This document shows, piece after piece, positions 12,917-25,226 of a stretch of DNA of 64,000 nucleotides. Source of the stretch: Felis catus. Lineage: Eukaryota. The number at the start of each line of letters is the position of its first letter. Position 1 is the first letter of the stretch. The translations under genes and the position numbers were made by a program. The notes beneath the pieces were generated by a model. That model had not been told where the DNA came from. It was given only the letters and a program-made list of their open reading frames with translations, and did not search any database. The stretch lies in assembly GCF_018350175.1 (NCBI RefSeq), contig NC_058368.1, forward strand, positions 108,874,001-108,938,000, given 5' to 3'.

Positions 12917-14024
12917 TTGGAATTAAGAAATTTTAAGAGCAGTGTGAAAATATCTGAGTATTATTTGGTACAATTTTGGGTAGAGAAAAAAAGGCGATAG
13001 AAAAAATTCATAAATATCTATGAATCCTGAGGTTTTTATCCTCCCTCATAGCTTATTTTAAAAATTAGCTCAAAAATAAAATAATTATTTTAAGAATTAA
13101 AAAATTAGGACTGGAGGAAGATGGCGGTGTAGGAGGATGCTGGGCTCACCGCATCCTGCTGATCACTTAGATTCCACCCACATCTGCCTAAATAACCCAG
13201 AAAACTGCCAGAAGACTAGCAGAATGGACTCTCCAGAGCCAAGCATAGACAAGAGGCCCACAGAAGAGGGTAGGAAGGGCAGAGAGGCAGTGTGTGCTAC
13301 ACGGACTGGCGGGAGGGAGCTGGGGTGGTGGAGGGGCCAGCAAGGCAGAGCCCCCGAGTCTGACTTGCAGAAATGGAGGGGCCAGATGGAGTGAGTGGGG
13401 ACTTAACATCTGGATTGTTATAAGTCAATAGCTCTGCTCTGAGAGTAGGAGGGTTAGAGGACACTGGGAGGGAGAGTTGTTGAGCCCCGAACAACAGAGC
13501 TCAGTTCGGGGGAGAACAAAGGTGCTTGCCAGTGCCATCTCCCTAGCCCATGCCCCAGCCAAAATCCCAAAGGGAACCAGTTCCCCACACGGAACTTGCT
13601 TGCACCGCGCAAACACCCAACGCTGTGCTTCTGCGGATCCATCTCTCTGGCAGCAGGTCTGACTCCCTCCCAGTGCTGCAGTGCCCCTCCTGCAGGGGAC
13701 CACCGAAGGCAAAGTGAGCTGAGCCTGCCCCTTCCACCCCTGTGCACCTTGTGGATCCACCCCGGCTAATACAACAAATCCCATAGAAGCAGCACCACAA
13801 GCCTGGCAGTGTTCAAGTAGCCCAGACAGGGGCCACACCACTCCACAGTGAGTCCTGCCCTGGGAGAGGGGAAGATAAGGTACACACCAGTCTGACTGTG
13901 GCCCCAGCGGCAGGCTGGGGGCAGACATCAGGTCTGACTGCGGCCCCACCCACCAACGCAAGTTACTTGGGACAGCACAGGGGAAGAGCCCTGCAGTTCC
14001 GCACCACTCCAGGGACTATCCAAA

Positions 14025-14922
14025 ATGATGAAACAGAAGAATTCTCCTCAAAAGAAACTCCAGGAAGTAGCGACAGCTAACGAATTAATCAAAAAACGAT
14101 TTAAGCAATATAACAGAACATGAATTTAAAATAATAGTCATAAGATTAATCGCTGGGCTTGAAAAAAGTATAAAGGACAGCAGAGAATCTATTGCTACAG
14201 AGATCAAGGGACTAAGAAACAGTCAGGAGGAGCTAAAAAATGCTATAAATGAGGTGCAAAATAAAATGGAGGTGACCACAGCTTGGATTGAAGAGGCAGA
14301 GGAGAGAATAGGTGAATTAGAAGATAAAATTATGGAAAAAGAGGAAGCTGAGAAAAAGAGAGATAAAAAAAATCCAGGAGTATGAGGGGAGAATTAGAGA
14401 ACTAAGTGATGTGATGAAATGCAATAATATCCGTATAATAGGGATTCCAGAGGAGGAAGAGAGAGAGAGAAAGGGGCTGAATGTGTACTTGAAGAAATCA
14501 TAGCTGAGAACTTCCCTGATCTGGGGAAAGAAAAAGGCATTGAAATCCAAGAGGCACAGAGAACTCCCTTCGGACCTAACTTGAATCGATCTTCTACACA
14601 ACATACCATAGTGACACGGGCAAAATACAAGGATAAAGAGAAAATTCTCAAAACAGCTAGGGATAAACACACTCTAACATATAAAGGGAGACCGATAAGA
14701 CTAGTGACAGATCTATCTACTATAACTTGGCAGGCCAGAAAGGAATGGCAGGAAATCTTCAATGTGATGAACAGAAAAAATATGCAGCCAACATTCCTTT
14801 ATCCAGCAAGTCTGTCACTTAGAATAGAAGGACAGATAAAGGTCTTCCCAAACAAACAAAAACTGAAGGAATTCATCACCACTAAACCACCACTACAAGA
14901 GATCCTAAGGGGGATCCTGTGA
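14025..14922 (+). pseudogene. L1 ORF1p, frameshifted
   Basis: MMKQKNSPQKKLQE... start; frameshifts in A-runs near 14091 and 14365; C-terminus ...LKEFITTKPPLQEILRGIL* in ORF 14581..14922. Confidence 0.9.
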
Positions 14923-14951
14923 GATAAAGTACCAGAGACATCACTACAAGC

Positions 14952-17900
14952 ATGAAACCTACAGACATCATGATGACTCTAAACCCGTATCTTTCTATAA
15001 TAACACTGAATGTAAATGGACTAAATGCTCCAACCAAAAGACATAGGGTATCTGAATGGATAAAAAAACAAGACCCATCTATTTGCTGTCTACAAGAGAC
15101 TCATTTTAGACCTGAGGACAGCTTCAGATTGAAAGTGAGGGGATGGAGAACTATTTATCATGCTACTGGAAGTCAAAAGAAAGCTGGAGTAGCCATACTT
15201 ATATCAGACAAACTAGACTTTAAATTAAAGGCTGTAACAAGAGATGAAGAAGGGCATTATATAATAATAACAGGGTCTATCCATCAGGAAGAGCTAACAA
15301 TTATAAATGTCTATGCACCGAATACGGGAGCCTCCAAATATATAAAACAATTACTCACAAACATAAGCAATCTTATTGATAAGAATGTGGTAATTGCAGG
15401 GGACTTTAATACCCCGCTTACAGAAATGGATAGATCATCTAGACACATGGTCAATAAAGAAACAAGGGCCCTGAATGATACATTGGATCAGATGGACTTG
15501 ACAGATACTTTTAGAACTCTGCATCCCAAAACAACAGAATATACTTTCTTCTCGAGTGCACATGGAACATTCTCCAAGATAGATCACATACTGGGTCCAA
15601 AATAGCCCTCAACCAGAATTGAGATAATACCGTGCATGCTTTCAGACCACAATGCTATGAAGCTTGAAATCAACCACAGGAAAAAGTCTGCAAAACCTCC
15701 AAAAGCATGGAGGTTAAAGAACACCCTACTAAAGAATGAATGGGTCAACCAGGCAATTAGAGAAGAAATTAAAAAACATATGGAAACAAATGAAAATGAA
15801 AATACAACAATCCAAACGCTTTGGGATGCAGCGAAGGCAGTCCTGGGAGGAAAATACATTGCAATCCAGGCCTATCTCAAGAAACAAGAAAAATCCCCAA
15901 TACAAAATCTAACAGCACACCTAAAGGAAACAGAAGCAGAACAGCAAAGACACCCCAAACCCAGCAGAAGAAGAGAAATAATAAAGATCAGACCAGAAAT
16001 AAACAATATAGAATCTAAAAAAACTGTAGAGCAGATCAATGAAACCAAGAGTTGGTTTTTTCAAAAAAATAAACAAAATTGATAAACTTCTAGCCAGGCT
16101 TCTCAAAAAGAAAAGGGAGAGGACCCAAATAGATAAAGTCATGAGTGAAAATGGAATTATTACAACCAATCCCTCAGAAATACAAGCAATTATCAGGGAA
16201 TACTAGGAATAATTATATTCCAACAAACTGGACAACCTGGAAGAAATGGACAAATGCCTAAACACTTCCAAACCCACATACTTCCAAAACTCAAGCAGGA
16301 AGAAATAGAAAACTCGAATAGACCATAACCAGTGGAGAAATTGAATCAGTTATCAAAAACCTCCCAACAAATAAGAGTCCAGGACCAGATGGCTTCCCTG
16401 GGGAAGTCTACCAGACATTTTAAGCAGAGATAATACCTATCCTTCTCAAGCTGTTCCAAAAAATAGAAAGAGAAGGAAAACTTTCAGATTCATTCTATAA
16501 AGCCAGCATTACTTTGATTACTAAACCAGACAGAGACCCAGTAAAAAAAGAGAACTACAGGCCAATATCCCTGATGAATATGGATGCAAAAATTCTCAAC
16601 AAGATACTAGCAAATCGAATTCAACAGCATATAAAAAGAATTATTCACCATGATCAAGTGGGATTCATTCCTGGGCTACAGGGCTGGTTCAACATTCACA
16701 AATCAATCAATGTGATACATCACATTAATAAAAGAAAAAATAAGAACCATATGATCCTGTCAACTGATGCAGAAAAAGCATTTGACAAAATTCAGCACCA
16801 TTTCTTAATAAAAACCCTCGAGAAAGTCGGGACAGAAGGAACATACTTAAACATCATAAAAGCCATTTATGAAAAGTCCACAGCTAATATCATCCTCAAT
16901 GGGGAAAAACTGAGAGCTTTCTCCCTGAGATCAGGAACACGACAGGGATGTCCACTCTCACTGCTGTTGTTTAACATAGTGTTGGAAGTTCTAGCATCAG
17001 CAGTCAAACAAAAGGAAATCAAAGGCATCAAAATTGGTAAAGATGAAGTCAAGCTTTCACTTTTTGCAGATGACATGAAAATGTATGTACATGACATGAC
17101 ATGTATCACTTTTTGCAGATACATGGAAAATCTGATAGACTCCACCAAGAGTCTGCTAGAACTGACACATGAATTCAGCAAAGTTGCAGGATACGAAATC
17201 AATGTACAGAAATCAGTTGCATTCTTATACACTAATAATGAAGCAACAGAAAGACAAATAAAGAAACTGATCCCAATCACAATGGAACCAAGAAGCATAA
17301 AATACCTAGGAATAAACCTAACCAAAGATGTAAAAGATCTGTATGCTGAAAACTATAGAAAGCCGATGAAGGAAATTGAAGAAGATACAAAGAAATGGAA
17401 CATTCCATGCTCATGGATTGCAAGAATAAATATTGTTAAAACGTCAATACTACCCAAAGCTATCTACACATTCAATGCAATCCCAATCAAAATTGCACCA
17501 GCATTCTTCTTGAAGCTAGAACAAGCAATCCTAAAATCTGCATGGAACCACAAAAGACCCCGAATAGCTAAAGTAATTTTGAAGAAGACCAAAGCGGGAG
17601 GCATCACAATCCCAGACTTTAGCCTCTACTACAAAGCTGTAATCATCAAGACAGCATGGTATTGGCACAAAAACAGACACATAGACCAATGGAATAGAAT
17701 AGAAACCCTAGAATTAGACCTACAAAAGTATGGTCAACTAATCTTTGACAAAGCAGGAAAGAATATCCAATGGGCAAGAGACAGTGTCTTTAACAAATGG
17801 TGCTGGGAGAACTGGACAGCAACATGCAGAAGCATGAAACTAGACTACTTTCTTACACCACTCACAAAAACTCAAAATGGATAAAGGACCTGAATGTAAG

Positions 17901-18825
17901 ACAGGATACCATCCAAACCCTAGAGGAAAAAGCAGGAAAAAACCTCTCTGACCTCAGCCGCAGCAATTTCTTACTTGACACATCCCCAAAGGCAAGGGAA
18001 TTAAAAACAAAAATGAACTACTGGGACCTCATGAAGATAAAAAGCTTCTGCACTGCAAAGGAAACAATCAACAAAACTAAAAGACAACCAACGGAATGGG
18101 AAAAGATATTTGCAAATGATGTATCGGACAAAGGGCTACTATCCAAAATCTATTAAGAGCTCACCAAACTCCACACCCGAAAAACAAATAATCCAGTGAA
18201 GAAATGGGCAGAAAACATGAATAGACACTTCTCTAAAGAAGACATCCAAATGGCTAACAGGCACATGAAAAGATGGTTAATGTCGCTCCTCATCAGGGAA
18301 ATACAAATCAAAACCACACTGAGATAACACATTCATGCCAGTCAGAGTGGCTAAAATGAACAAATCAGGAGACTAGACTAGAGATGCTGGCGAGGATGTG
18401 GTGAAACAGGAACCCTCTTGCACTATTGGTGGGAATGCAAACTAGTGGAGCCACTCTGGAAAACAGTGTGGAGGTTCCTCAAAAAATTAAAAATAGATCT
18501 ACCCTATGACCCAGGAATGGCACTGCTAGGAATTTACCCAAGGGATACGGGAGTGCTGATACCTAGGGGCACTTGTACCCCAATGTTTATAGCAGCACTC
18601 TCAACAATAGCCAAATTATGGAAAGAGCCTAAATGTCCATCAACTGATGAATGGATAAAGAAATTGTGGTTTATGTACACAATGGAATACTACTTGGCAA
18701 TGAGAAAGAATGAACTATGGCCTTTTGTAGCAACATGGATGGAACTGGAGAGTGTTATGCTAAGTGAAATAAGTCATACAGAGAAGGCCAGGTACCATAT
18801 GTTTTCACTCTTATGTGGATCCTGA
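14952..18825 (+). pseudogene. L1 ORF2p (endonuclease/reverse transcriptase), broken by stops and frameshifts
   Basis: ORF pieces 14952..15605 (LNVNGLN, CCLQETH, GDFNTPL), 15636..16082, 16514..17884 ([14 protein letters not shown]), 17797..18156 and 18418..18825 (HYWWEC). Confidence 0.95.
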
Positions 18826-19260
18826 GAAACTTAACAGAAGACCATGGGGGCAGGGAAGGAAAAAGAAAAAGGGTTAGAGAGGGAGGGAGCCAAAACATGA
18901 GACTCTTAAAAACTGAGAACTGAGGGTTGATGGGGGGTGGGAGGGAGCAGAGTGTGGGTGATGGGCATTGAGGAAGGCACTGTTGGAACGAGCACTGGGT
19001 GTCATATGGAAACCAATTTGACAATAAATTTCATATTAAAAAAAAAAGAATTAAAAAATTAGTCTTGGTCCAGAGAGAAAATCACACCTGATTGGCAAAA
19101 CAAATGGTTCTAGATCTTTACTCTTCAAGCGGCTGACAACCTAAGGAGTAATATAATAAAGAAGTGCTGTGTAATATGAAAAGTCCCCCAAATAATTCTG
19201 TGACTCTTCCCTTTCCCTCTTTCTCCTTCTACTTCTAGTAATTGATAGTAGCTCCTATAC

Positions 19261-19966
19261 TGAAAGAGCGGACCTATGCCAGCCGACTCCATCTTGTTCT
19301 GAGTCCTCCACCTTGAGTGACTATGTCCCTGACATGGCCCCTTTCCGGGAAAATCGCAGAAACCTCAGACCATGCCTCCTCCCCTTGAGTAACCTCCCGC
19401 TCACCCGTTCAAACTTCCTGATCAAAACATGCCTGGTGAGGGGCACCTGGGTGGCTCAGTCGGTTAAGCATCCGACTTCAGCTTAGGTCACCATCTCATG
19501 GTCGTGAGTTCTAGCCCTGCGTCAGGCTCTGGGCTGATGGCTCAGAGCCTGGAGCCTGCTTCTGATTCTGTGTCTTCCTCTCTCTCTGCCCCTCCCCCCG
19601 TTCATGCCCTGTCTCTCTGTGTCTCAAAAATAAATAAATGTTAAAAAAAATTTTTTTTTTAATTAAAAAAAAAAAACACCCGGCGACCTGCGTAATGGGA
19701 CTCTGACCCTTCCCCAGCCAATCAGCCGAGGCCATGACCCTTCCCCAGCCAATCGGCTGAGGCCACAGCCATTACCTCACCAACTGCCCCTAGACCCCTA
19801 TAAAACCTTTGTGCTTTTGAAACTCGCTCTCTCTCTCCGGTATCTCACCGCTGCGTTGGTGCAGATAGGGGATTGAGCTCAAGCTAGCTCGAATAAAGGC
19901 TCTTTGCTTTTGCATTGGACTCGGCTCCCTGGTGGTCTTTGGGGATCACGAATTCTGGGCATAACA
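19261..19966 (+). mobile_element. Solo ERV1-type LTR with an internal SINE
   Basis: TG...CA termini (tgaaaga...ataaca); 4-bp TSD atac (19257-19260, 19967-19970); repeated CCAAT unit 19705-19766; TATAAAA ~19799; AATAAA ~19892. Confidence 0.9.
19440..19672 (+). mobile_element. Can-SINE inserted in solo LTR
   Basis: ggggcacctgggtggctcagtcggttaagc head, CT tract, A/T tail. Confidence 0.93.
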
Positions 19967-20060
19967 ATACCAGGTTAATCATTAGAATTTTCTAGTGTGT
20001 TTTTAAAAATATAAATTCCTTGGTGTGCCTACAGGGCAATCCAGTATTGATCATACTTAT

Positions 20061-20126
20061 ATAACTCATGAATGTGGCCACTTGATTCCCTGTCTCATCA
20101 GTCTCCAAAGGCTCAGTGTCAAATCC
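20061..20126 (-). pseudogene. P4HA2: P4HA2-like 66-nt exon GFDTEPLETDETGNQVATFMSY, donor mutated to AT
   Basis: aatttcacag|GGATTTGAC...ATGAGTTAT|ataagt; matches recalled ...GTGNRVATFLNY exon in length (22 codons) and in its C-terminal half. Confidence 0.85.
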
Positions 20127-20511
20127 CTGTGAAATTTATGTCAAAGTGAATATGCAGGTCTTAGACTTAACTAGTTAAGCACAAAAAACAGTTGCTTTCC
20201 CATCCATTATAGTTAAGGATGTGATGTAAGAAAGAGAAGCTCATCACAGCCAAATGGAGGTCACCTCACCCCTTCAGGATGGAGATGATCAGAGAGGCAG
20301 TTGAGAAGAGAACCTAGGCAAGAAGGGCCAATAGAGGAACTAAGTGTTACATTCACAGAACAAACCACCAATTCATACATTTGTCCATGATGGAGACAGA
20401 AAACTCAAAGCAGGAAATGGATCAAAAAAGATGACTAAAAAGGAGTATATGCCACCCTGAGAAAACATTTTATCCTAGGGCTGGTCAAGTCAGGAAAAGT
20501 TCAGTTAGAAT

Positions 20512-20814
20512 TGTTACGGAACCTGGTCTGGATCACCCAGCGGAAGAACCAAGAGGCACTCAGATATCTTGGAAGGCAGGAGGTTTATTTCACCCTGGTG
20601 GGCTCAGAGGAGATGGCTCTCCAGAGGTCTGAGTTCTGAGCGCAAGCATGGGGGACAATTTATAGTAGTTACTTCCGCATTAGTAGTAATTTGGTGCATG
20701 TGGCAAGCGGGGTAGGAAGAAGAACGTTGAAGGGAGTCTTGGGGTGGGGACTGGAATTACCCTCTCAGTCCTGTCGGCCATCTTACAACATAATTATGTT
20801 AAGATTCCCTATCA
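20512..20814 (-). mobile_element. Short solo ERV LTR (303 bp)
   Basis: TG...CA termini; 4-bp TSD gaat (20508-20511, 20815-20818); minus-strand TATAAA ~20660 and AATAAA ~20586. Confidence 0.8.
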
Positions 20815-21529
20815 GAATCACAAAGGGAGCTTATCAATAGGACAAGGCTGGCTTTTGCTTTCAACGTCTATGTGTTTTCCTCTGTGAAAGCTGCTCCTGG
20901 CAGCACCAAGAATATGGTTTCCCGTATTCCCATAACCAGTGGGTCCATTCTGACTACAGAGAGAGTTGCCCTCAGACTATATTACAGGGACATCGTCTCA
21001 TGAAGGTACAGGTTTAAAGAAACAGTCTTAGCTTAGAGCTAGCTCTTCCAGGAAGATTTCTCTGAATGTTCAGGTTGTATGCCTATTCACTGGGACTCAG
21101 GACCACTGCACACATACGTCCTTTAATGCTTTTCCAATTATTTAGAAAGTAGCTGTTCATATGCATGTCTGTCAAAAAAAAAAAAAAAACACTATGGTCT
21201 CTCTATGAGAACTGGTACTATCTTCTCTGCTTTCCTAGCCCTAATTCCCAGGACAATAACCAGCACATGAAATCTGCTAAAGAACATTTGTTGTCTAGTT
21301 TCCTAATTTTGTCCCAAAGGACAAAATGTGTATCTTTTCTTTCTTTTTGGTTCAGCCACACCAGGGAACTGCGCTGGGCTAAAGTATTGGAGCTAACAGT
21401 AATAGACTCCAGTGCTCTTCATGTCAACAGAGAAGTGAGTGCCTCTCACCTGCAGAGAGGCAGAGGAACCTAGCACAAGAGGGGCCACAGGTGGGAGCAA
21501 AGGATTCTGTGTGGTTCTCTCTTACCCTC

Positions 21530-24246
21530 TTTTTTTTTAATGGTTTCAATTTTTCTTTTTATTATAACATGAGCTAAATTTAAGGAACTAATCTTTTGAG
21601 TTTATTTCCCAGAGTTGTCAGAATATACAAGTGACAATGTAACTCATGAAAATATACTGAAAAGTATAAGAGCTGATGTAAAATGGTAATCAAGGTTCCA
21701 GGTATCAAGGAATTAGAGTAAGTGAAGAATGAAATCAGTCAGGCTACTGCCTGAGAGAAGCAGGATGCTCTGGTTTAGCAAGGTGCCATCAAGGAATAGG
21801 AAAACATCAAATGTGTGGTGGTAAGTCATAGCATGAGAAAGATTTCCACTGGGCAACTCTCCACCATTTTTACTTTTGTAAATGAGTTATTCTTCATTTA
21901 ATAACAGGATTCTCTTAAGCTAACATTTCAAAATTAAAATCATTTGTATAGGTAAGGTAAATCACAGTATAATGATTAGGAAAATTTTCTTCTTTTTTAA
22001 ATCAAAAACCCTCCAAATGGTCAGGGATTGATGGAGTTGGGATGACAAATGTACATTTCAGACTGTCATCACCAATGAAAAAATAAAACATTTTTATGGA
22101 CTTAAAACTGTCAATGCACTTAGATTTGGCACTTTTGCCTATATTAATTTGGCACTTTTGCCTATATTAATTGGCCTATATTAATACAAGGCCAATAGAA
22201 ATTGGCCATGTAATGAAGTCATTTTAGTGAACTACCAACATGTAAATATAAGAAAAATAATTTCTTGGTCAATTTCAGTGAAACTTTAAAAAAGATTGTC
22301 TCTAGAGAACATTTGTTGAGAACAATGCTTTTTCAGTCACATTCTGATACTCAAATCCACTTTATAATCCAATTATAGATTCATCTTTTAATTGCACTAA
22401 TTTTTAAAAAGCTGTGAGATTTCCATTTCTTCAGGAGATATTTTCATCACTGTGTTCTTCAATTCCACAGGTTAAGCTTCCTTCATTATTATTAAGAACT
22501 TCATACATGTTAGAGAGATTGCCATTCACTGCTTTTTTGTCTTTCAAAAAGACAAAGGGAGACTACCTAGAATAAAGCTGATATCTTTAGAGGCATGCAA
22601 CAAGAATATTCCCACAATGATTGTAAAAGTACCATCAAAGTACCATCGACATCATCAATAGGCATATCTTGCCACTTCTTAAAAAGACCAGCTAAACATG
22701 GGGCACCGGGGTGGCTCAGTTGGTTAAACGTCTGACTTTGGCTCAGGTCATGATTTTGTGGTTTGTAGGTTTGACCCCCATGTCAGGTTCTGTGCTGACA
22801 GCTCAGAGCCTGAAGCCTGCTTCAGGTTCTGTGTTTCTCTCTATCTCTTCCCCTCCCCCACTCATGAGCGTGTGTGTGCACTCTCTCTCTCTCTTTCTCT
22901 CTCAAAAAAAAAAAAAAAAAAAAAAAAAGAATAGCTGAACCAGTTCAAACTGAGGTTGTAAAAAATATGTAATATACTGAAGTGAGAATGAAAGTATTGA
23001 ATATACCCAGGGCCCTGCCCAGGTAATTAATCTGTGTGCTCTCATAGACTATAAGGCTCAGCAGCAGAATCCTGGCCAGATGTCACAACACAGACTTTCC
23101 AGCAAACATCTCTTTGATATCAAGGCCCAAGCCCTTAACACAGGACAACAAAAACACTCTGATTACAGAGCAGATTTCTATGCACACAAGAATGTTTTTC
23201 TGTCTATGGCAAGGTCCCACCTCAAAGATTAATATCAATGACACAATGACCACAAGGGTTGCAAAGACTACAAAACCTGGATCTCCCAGCTTATGAGACA
23301 TTTCGTTTGAAGTCTTGATCTCCTCTTCTCTAGAGCATGAATGACCATAACTATAGATTCTAGAATACTTAGCAAACAACCAATTTTCCCATGAAAATTA
23401 TGTCTTTCATTTAGAGTGGGTGTATGAAGAAAGGATGCACTTACTGGGATGCTGAGAGCTCCTAATGAAGTCACAAGGGTGGCTGGTGCAAAGGCATATG
23501 CAGCAAAGTTGGCCACCTCACCTGCTCCCATTGATAGCAATCCAGCCCACCACAATGATTCTTTAAGATATGCATGGCCACCTTGACCTGCTCTCTTGGA
23601 GCCTTTCCTGGCAACTTGCAGAAGACTTTGTTTTTTTTGTTGTTGTTGGGTTTTTTTGTTTGTTTGTTTTTTCAAAATGAAACTCTTGCCAATGAAAATG
23701 CTGGAGCTCATAGCCAATCCCAGAACAGTGTAAAAGTTGTATTTTCCATGCCCCTGGATCACTGCATTCGTTACTGAAAAAGTTCTTATGAGTCACAGTG
23801 ATCACAAAACAGAGAAATGACTGGCGCTGGAGGCAGGATTATGCAGTCTTCAAATATGTAAGTTTAATATGGTCTCTCTTATGAAAAAAGGCGGAAAGAG
23901 GTTTTAGAGATGACTATTCACTCCCATTTTCTTATAAATGTTACTCTTTACTCTCATTTAAAGTTTTAAACCCAGGCAGAGTAGCTCGAGCCCCAGTTGG
24001 AGGCTGGCCATGTGGCTTCCCCTCCACTATCTGGCCCTGATCACCTCCACTCACATGCCCACACAGGCTGCACAGGCCACCCCCTCTTGAGCTCCCGCAG
24101 CCAGTGCCTTCCTTGCCATACAGGAGGAGGTGAGAGCATCTAGGGCTGCAGCCATGCGCACCTGGCCTCCTCCATGGGGGTGCACCGAGGGGAACCTGCC
24201 CCAGATGACATGCGACCCCTAACCCCTGTCTCAGGAACCAAGGGCA
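21530..24246 (-). pseudogene. NIPA2: NIPA2 (magnesium transporter) processed pseudogene; CDS-equivalent 23762-22404
   Basis: Intronless. ORFs 23268..23762 and 23083..23379 give [58 protein letters not shown] and [27 protein letters not shown]; ends NGNLTAF* at 22404-22406. Start codon is GTG, with frameshifts and a SINE in the CDS. AATAAA and an A tail near 21530-21563; GC-rich 5' UTR to ~24246; degenerate TSD gttctct(c/a)t(t/c)ac. Confidence 0.93.
22700..22928 (+). mobile_element. Can-SINE inserted in the NIPA2 retrocopy CDS
   Basis: Canonical head and long A tail; degenerate TSD aaaaagaccagctaaac / aaaaagaatagctgaac. Confidence 0.93.
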
Positions 24247-24490
24247 GTTCTCTATCACTTTCCATCCCAAGAAGTCATCTCAATTCCAGGTGCTGAAGGA
24301 AACATCATCACGTTAGGAGAAGGGGGTAAAGGCTTTTTTTCTCTTCTGGGGTGTTATTTTAAAACAGTCCCTAAAGATTTATCTTTAATAATTTAGAGGC
24401 CCCATGAGAAGAAGACAAACCTTGCATATGAGCTCTGACCTTCTCCTGCCACTCTAAACACAGCTCAGAGGAGTAACATTTTGCCCTTAC

Positions 24491-24544
24491 CAAAAAATAA
24501 TTCAAATGAGGTTCAAAGAATCCTCCAATACCATAGTCACCAAC
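24491..24544 (-). pseudogene. P4HA2: P4HA2-like exon VGDYGIGGFFEPHLNYFL (HxD motif exon, Asp replaced by Asn)
   Basis: ttttttactgccag|GTTGGTGAC...TATTTTTTG|gtaagg; 54 nt; homologous to VANYGVGGQYEPHFDFSR; visible inside ORF 24371..24562. Confidence 0.9.
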
Positions 24545-24639
24545 CTGGCAGTAAAAAAACAAACAGGGTTAACTAGGTGGACAACCCTCAAGGCAGTCTA
24601 GGAACTCTGTATTCCCAAGCCTGCACCTAAGTGAAGATA

Positions 24640-24800
24640 CAATAAGCAGTTTATCCGGCACCTGTATCTAGATGAGGAAATTAAGGATCAAAGAGGATAT
24701 GGAACTTATTCAAGGTCAGAAAGCTAGAAAGTAGCAAAGCTGTGATTCACACCCAGGCTTTCTAGTTCCTTAGCTCATGCTCTTAAACCCTCAGCCATTT
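24640..24800 (+). mobile_element. MIR fragment
   Basis: agatgaggaaattaagg...caaggtcagaaagctagaaagtagcaaagctgtgattcacacccagg core. Confidence 0.65.
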
Positions 24801-24972
24801 GTGGACCCAGAGGAAAAAGGATGAGGCAACCAACAATCAGACTGGGTAGGTTTCTGTGGGAAGGCGCATAGAAGTGGGGCTCAGGACATTTCAAGGACAG
24901 TGTCCCCAAAAGTGAGTATGGGAAGCTTCAGACTAGAGGTAACCATGAATCAAATGCAAGATGGAAAATGGT

Positions 24973-25157
24973 GGGATGCCTGGGTGGCTCAGTCAGTTGA
25001 GTATCTGACTCCTGATTTCGGCTTCATGATTTCATGGTTGTGAGACTGAGTCTAGCATCAGGCTCCACGTGCTGAACATGAAACCTTCTTGGGATTCTTT
25101 CTCTCCCTTTTATCTCTGCCCCTCCCCACATCTCTCTCAAAATAAATAAATAAAAAA
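24973..25157 (+). mobile_element. Can-SINE
   Basis: gggatgcctgggtggctcagtcagtt head; TSD-like atggaaaatgg / atgggaaatgg. Confidence 0.88.
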
Positions 25158-25226
25158 TTTTATGGGAAATGGCAAGAACAGGAGATTAGCAGAGAGATTA
25201 CCTACTCAGATGGACTCAAGTCATAC

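Larger units (their letters stand above)
13109..19045 (+). mobile_element. Full-length young felid LINE-1 (about 5.9 kb), disabled
   Basis: GC-rich 5' UTR beginning ggaggaagatggcgg, ORF1 and ORF2 (EN, RT, C-terminal), AATAAA and polyA; exact 17-bp TSD aagaattaaaaaattag at 13092-13108 and 19046-19062. Confidence 0.97.

Noticed and set aside
16514..17884. 456-aa RT ORF as an active retrotransposon or novel RT system
   Set aside because: It is an ordinary L1 ORF2 fragment bounded by stops and frameshifts, and ORF1 is also frameshifted.
21118..21168. 51-nt minus-strand segment with polyT-acag acceptor and gtatgt donor
   Set aside because: No P4HA similarity and a TGA in phase 0; probably a chance cryptic exon.
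21526..21573. Apparent 48-nt minus-strand exon (ag...gtaag)
   Set aside because: It is the AATAAA and polyA end of the NIPA2 retrocopy, and it has a stop in the phase required by the flanking P4HA2-like exons.
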